This document shows positions 62,024-64,000 of a stretch of DNA of 64,000 nucleotides, piece by piece (position 1 is the first letter of the stretch; the number at the start of each line of letters is the position of its first letter). The notes below the pieces were generated by a model. The model was not told where the DNA came from, ran no database searches, and was given only the letters and a program-made list of their open reading frames with translations. Position numbers and translations under genes: made by a program. Source of the stretch: Podarcis tiliguerta (lineage: Eukaryota); NCBI GenBank assembly GCA_965153285.1, contig OZ229116.1; one strand, given 5' to 3'.

Positions 62024-64000
62024 CTCTTCACCATTAGCCATCTCAGACTGAAAATTGTTTCCACTGTTGCCTGTAAAAGGCACAGCAGGTTTCTCACTGC
62101 CAAGAATATTGTCTACCATCTGAACATTGGGTGTCAGGAAGGCAAACTCATTCTTCCTGGTCTCAGAAGACAAACACAGCTGGTAGGAATAGGGCAAAGT
62201 CCCATCTTCAAAGTTGGGTGGGAAGATGGCACCATTCTTGGAATGGGGAACAGGACCAAAGCACTGTAGGAACCTGGGATGCCCTGATTGACGGAGCTTC
62301 ATTGTAACGGCCAGAATCACAGTCAAGAGGAACAAGAAGGAGATCACAGCTAAGGCCAGCACCAAGTAGAACTGCAGGTCAGACTGATACTCTGAGCTGT
62401 TGGGTTGGCTCTTCATTTCCGGAAGGGCCTCCTGAAAGTTCTCAGCAAACACCAGGTTCAGAGTCATGGTGGCCGAGAGAGACGGCTGCCCGTTATCCTT
62501 CACCATAATGACCAGTCTCTGTTTCACAGCGTCTCTCTCCACAAAGGCCCTGGCGGTCCTGATCTCTCCAGTATGAGAACCAACCGTGAAGAGTGCCGGC
62601 TCAGTGGCCTGAGTCAGGTGGTAGGAGAGCCAGGCGTTGTGTCCAGAATCTGCATCCACGGCCACCACCTTGGTGACAAGATAATCTGCCTCGGCCGAAC
62701 GAGGCACCATCTCAAACAAGGCTGAGCCCTTGGCTTCTTGTGAGGGGGACAGGATACGAGGGCTGTTATCATTCCTGTCAAGAACAAACACCCTGACGCT
62801 CACATTGCTGCTGAGAGGCGGAGAACCCCCATCTTGGGCCTTCACCTGCAGCCGGAACTCTCTGAATTGTTCATAGTCAAAGGATCTCTGGGCATAGATG
62901 GTGCCGGTCTCTGAATTAATGGAGATATAGGAGGAGATGGGAAGCTCCTCAATGTTGCTGTTGAGGATGGAGTATGTGATCCTTGAGTTCTGGTCCACAT
63001 CGGGATCAGAGGCTTTGATGGTGAAAATGGAGGCACCTGAAGGATTGTTTTCTGGCACATAGATGCTGTAGGTTGATCTCTGAAAGGAAGGGGTATTATC
63101 ATTGATATCCGAAACCTGTAGTGAGATCGTTTTGTGTGTAGAAAGAGGCGGAGTCCCTTTGTCAGTGGCTGTGATTGTAATATTATATGCAGGAGTTTTT
63201 TCTCTGTCCAAAGGGCAGTCTGTCAGAAGTTTGTAGAAATTGTTAGATGAGGAAATAATCTTGAAGGGCAAATCACTGTTTAAATAGCAGGTAACTTTTC
63301 CATTATCACCAGCATCTTTGTCATTTACATTGATCAGAGCAATTAAGGTTCCAGATGGTGAATCTTCAGGAACTGGGCTGAACATGGAGGTTAAGGTCAC
63401 ATCTGGGGCATTATCATTCTCATCAAGAACCCTTATCTCAATATTGCAATGAGTCACCAATCCTCCGCCATCTTTTGCTGCAACCGTCAAGGTATATTCA
63501 TCGTTGTCCTCAAAATCCAGTCGCTTCAAGAGGGTGATTACACCACCAATGGGCTCTAGACTGAATTTCTCTTGGGAAGTTGCTGGTATGTTGCTGAAAT
63601 GATACCTGATTTGGGCATTTGTACCTTCATCATCATCAGAGGCTATGACCCGGAGCACCGTGGACCCAATAGGAGCATTTTCACTTAAACTGACCTTGTA
63701 CACCTCTTGAGTGAAAATGGGAGGGTTGTCATTGGCATCGGTGATATTAATCCGTATCTGGGCTGTTCCAGTTTTCCTAGGCTCACCCCCATCGATTGCG
63801 GTAAGTAGTAAGTGAAGGGTCTGCTCTTTTTCCCGATCCAAAGATTTCTGCAGCACCAGTTCTGCATATTTATTTCCATCTTTTCTCTCTCTAACTTCCA
63901 AATTGAAGTACTGATTGGAGCTCAGCTGGTAATCCTGGAGAGAGTTCATCCCAATGTCAGGATCTTCTGCTTTCCCAAGGAGAAATCGAGTGCCTGGCAG
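62024..64000 (-). CDS. Protocadherin gammaB-like variable exon (X), 5' part beyond the window
   Basis: ORF 61916..63949 is open to the window edge (EC2-EC6, TM, cytoplasmic). Donor GAG|GTAAGA at 62024/62023. Paralog of 41227-43647. Confidence 0.93.

Noticed and set aside
26239-63102. Recurrent short ORFs such as [25 protein letters not shown] and MALHFRKG
   Set aside because: Alternative-frame or antisense by-products of the converted Pcdh tracts

Overview
Vertebrate genomic DNA, almost certainly from a squamate reptile and probably a lacertid lizard (Sauria SINEs, BovB, CR1, squamate tRNA-SINEs). It covers part of the variable region of the clustered protocadherin-gamma (Pcdhg) locus, with every gene on the minus strand. 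In transcription order (high to low coordinates): gammaB-like X (partial, >64000-62024), gammaB-like Y (58013-55584), gammaA-like (50423-48012), gammaB-like X' (43647-41227), a gammaA TM fragment (37.7 kb), gammaB-like Y' with a single 1-bp frameshift (36545-34129), a degraded gammaA pseudogene (31.2-29.7 kb), gammaB-like Z (28304-25863), PCDHGC3 in a CpG island (13798-11354), a heavily decayed relic resembling PCDHGC4 (about 5.7-4.15 kb, missed by the ORF track), and an intact C4/C5-like C-type exon (3433-983). Each intact variable exon ends in a phase-0 GT donor. The constant exons lie outside the window, below position 1. Six promoters carry a 37-38 bp CSE/CTCF element in the same orientation. 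Main highlights: an apparently dead gammaC4 next to an intact C4-like paralog, a roughly 21 kb X-Y-A cassette duplication, sharply bounded GC-rich gene-conversion tracts, CpG loss in two CSEs, a CR1 plus Penelope-like hairpin insertion under one TSD, and a locally templated inverted insertion. All comparisons with human proteins and repeat families are from memory, not from a database search.
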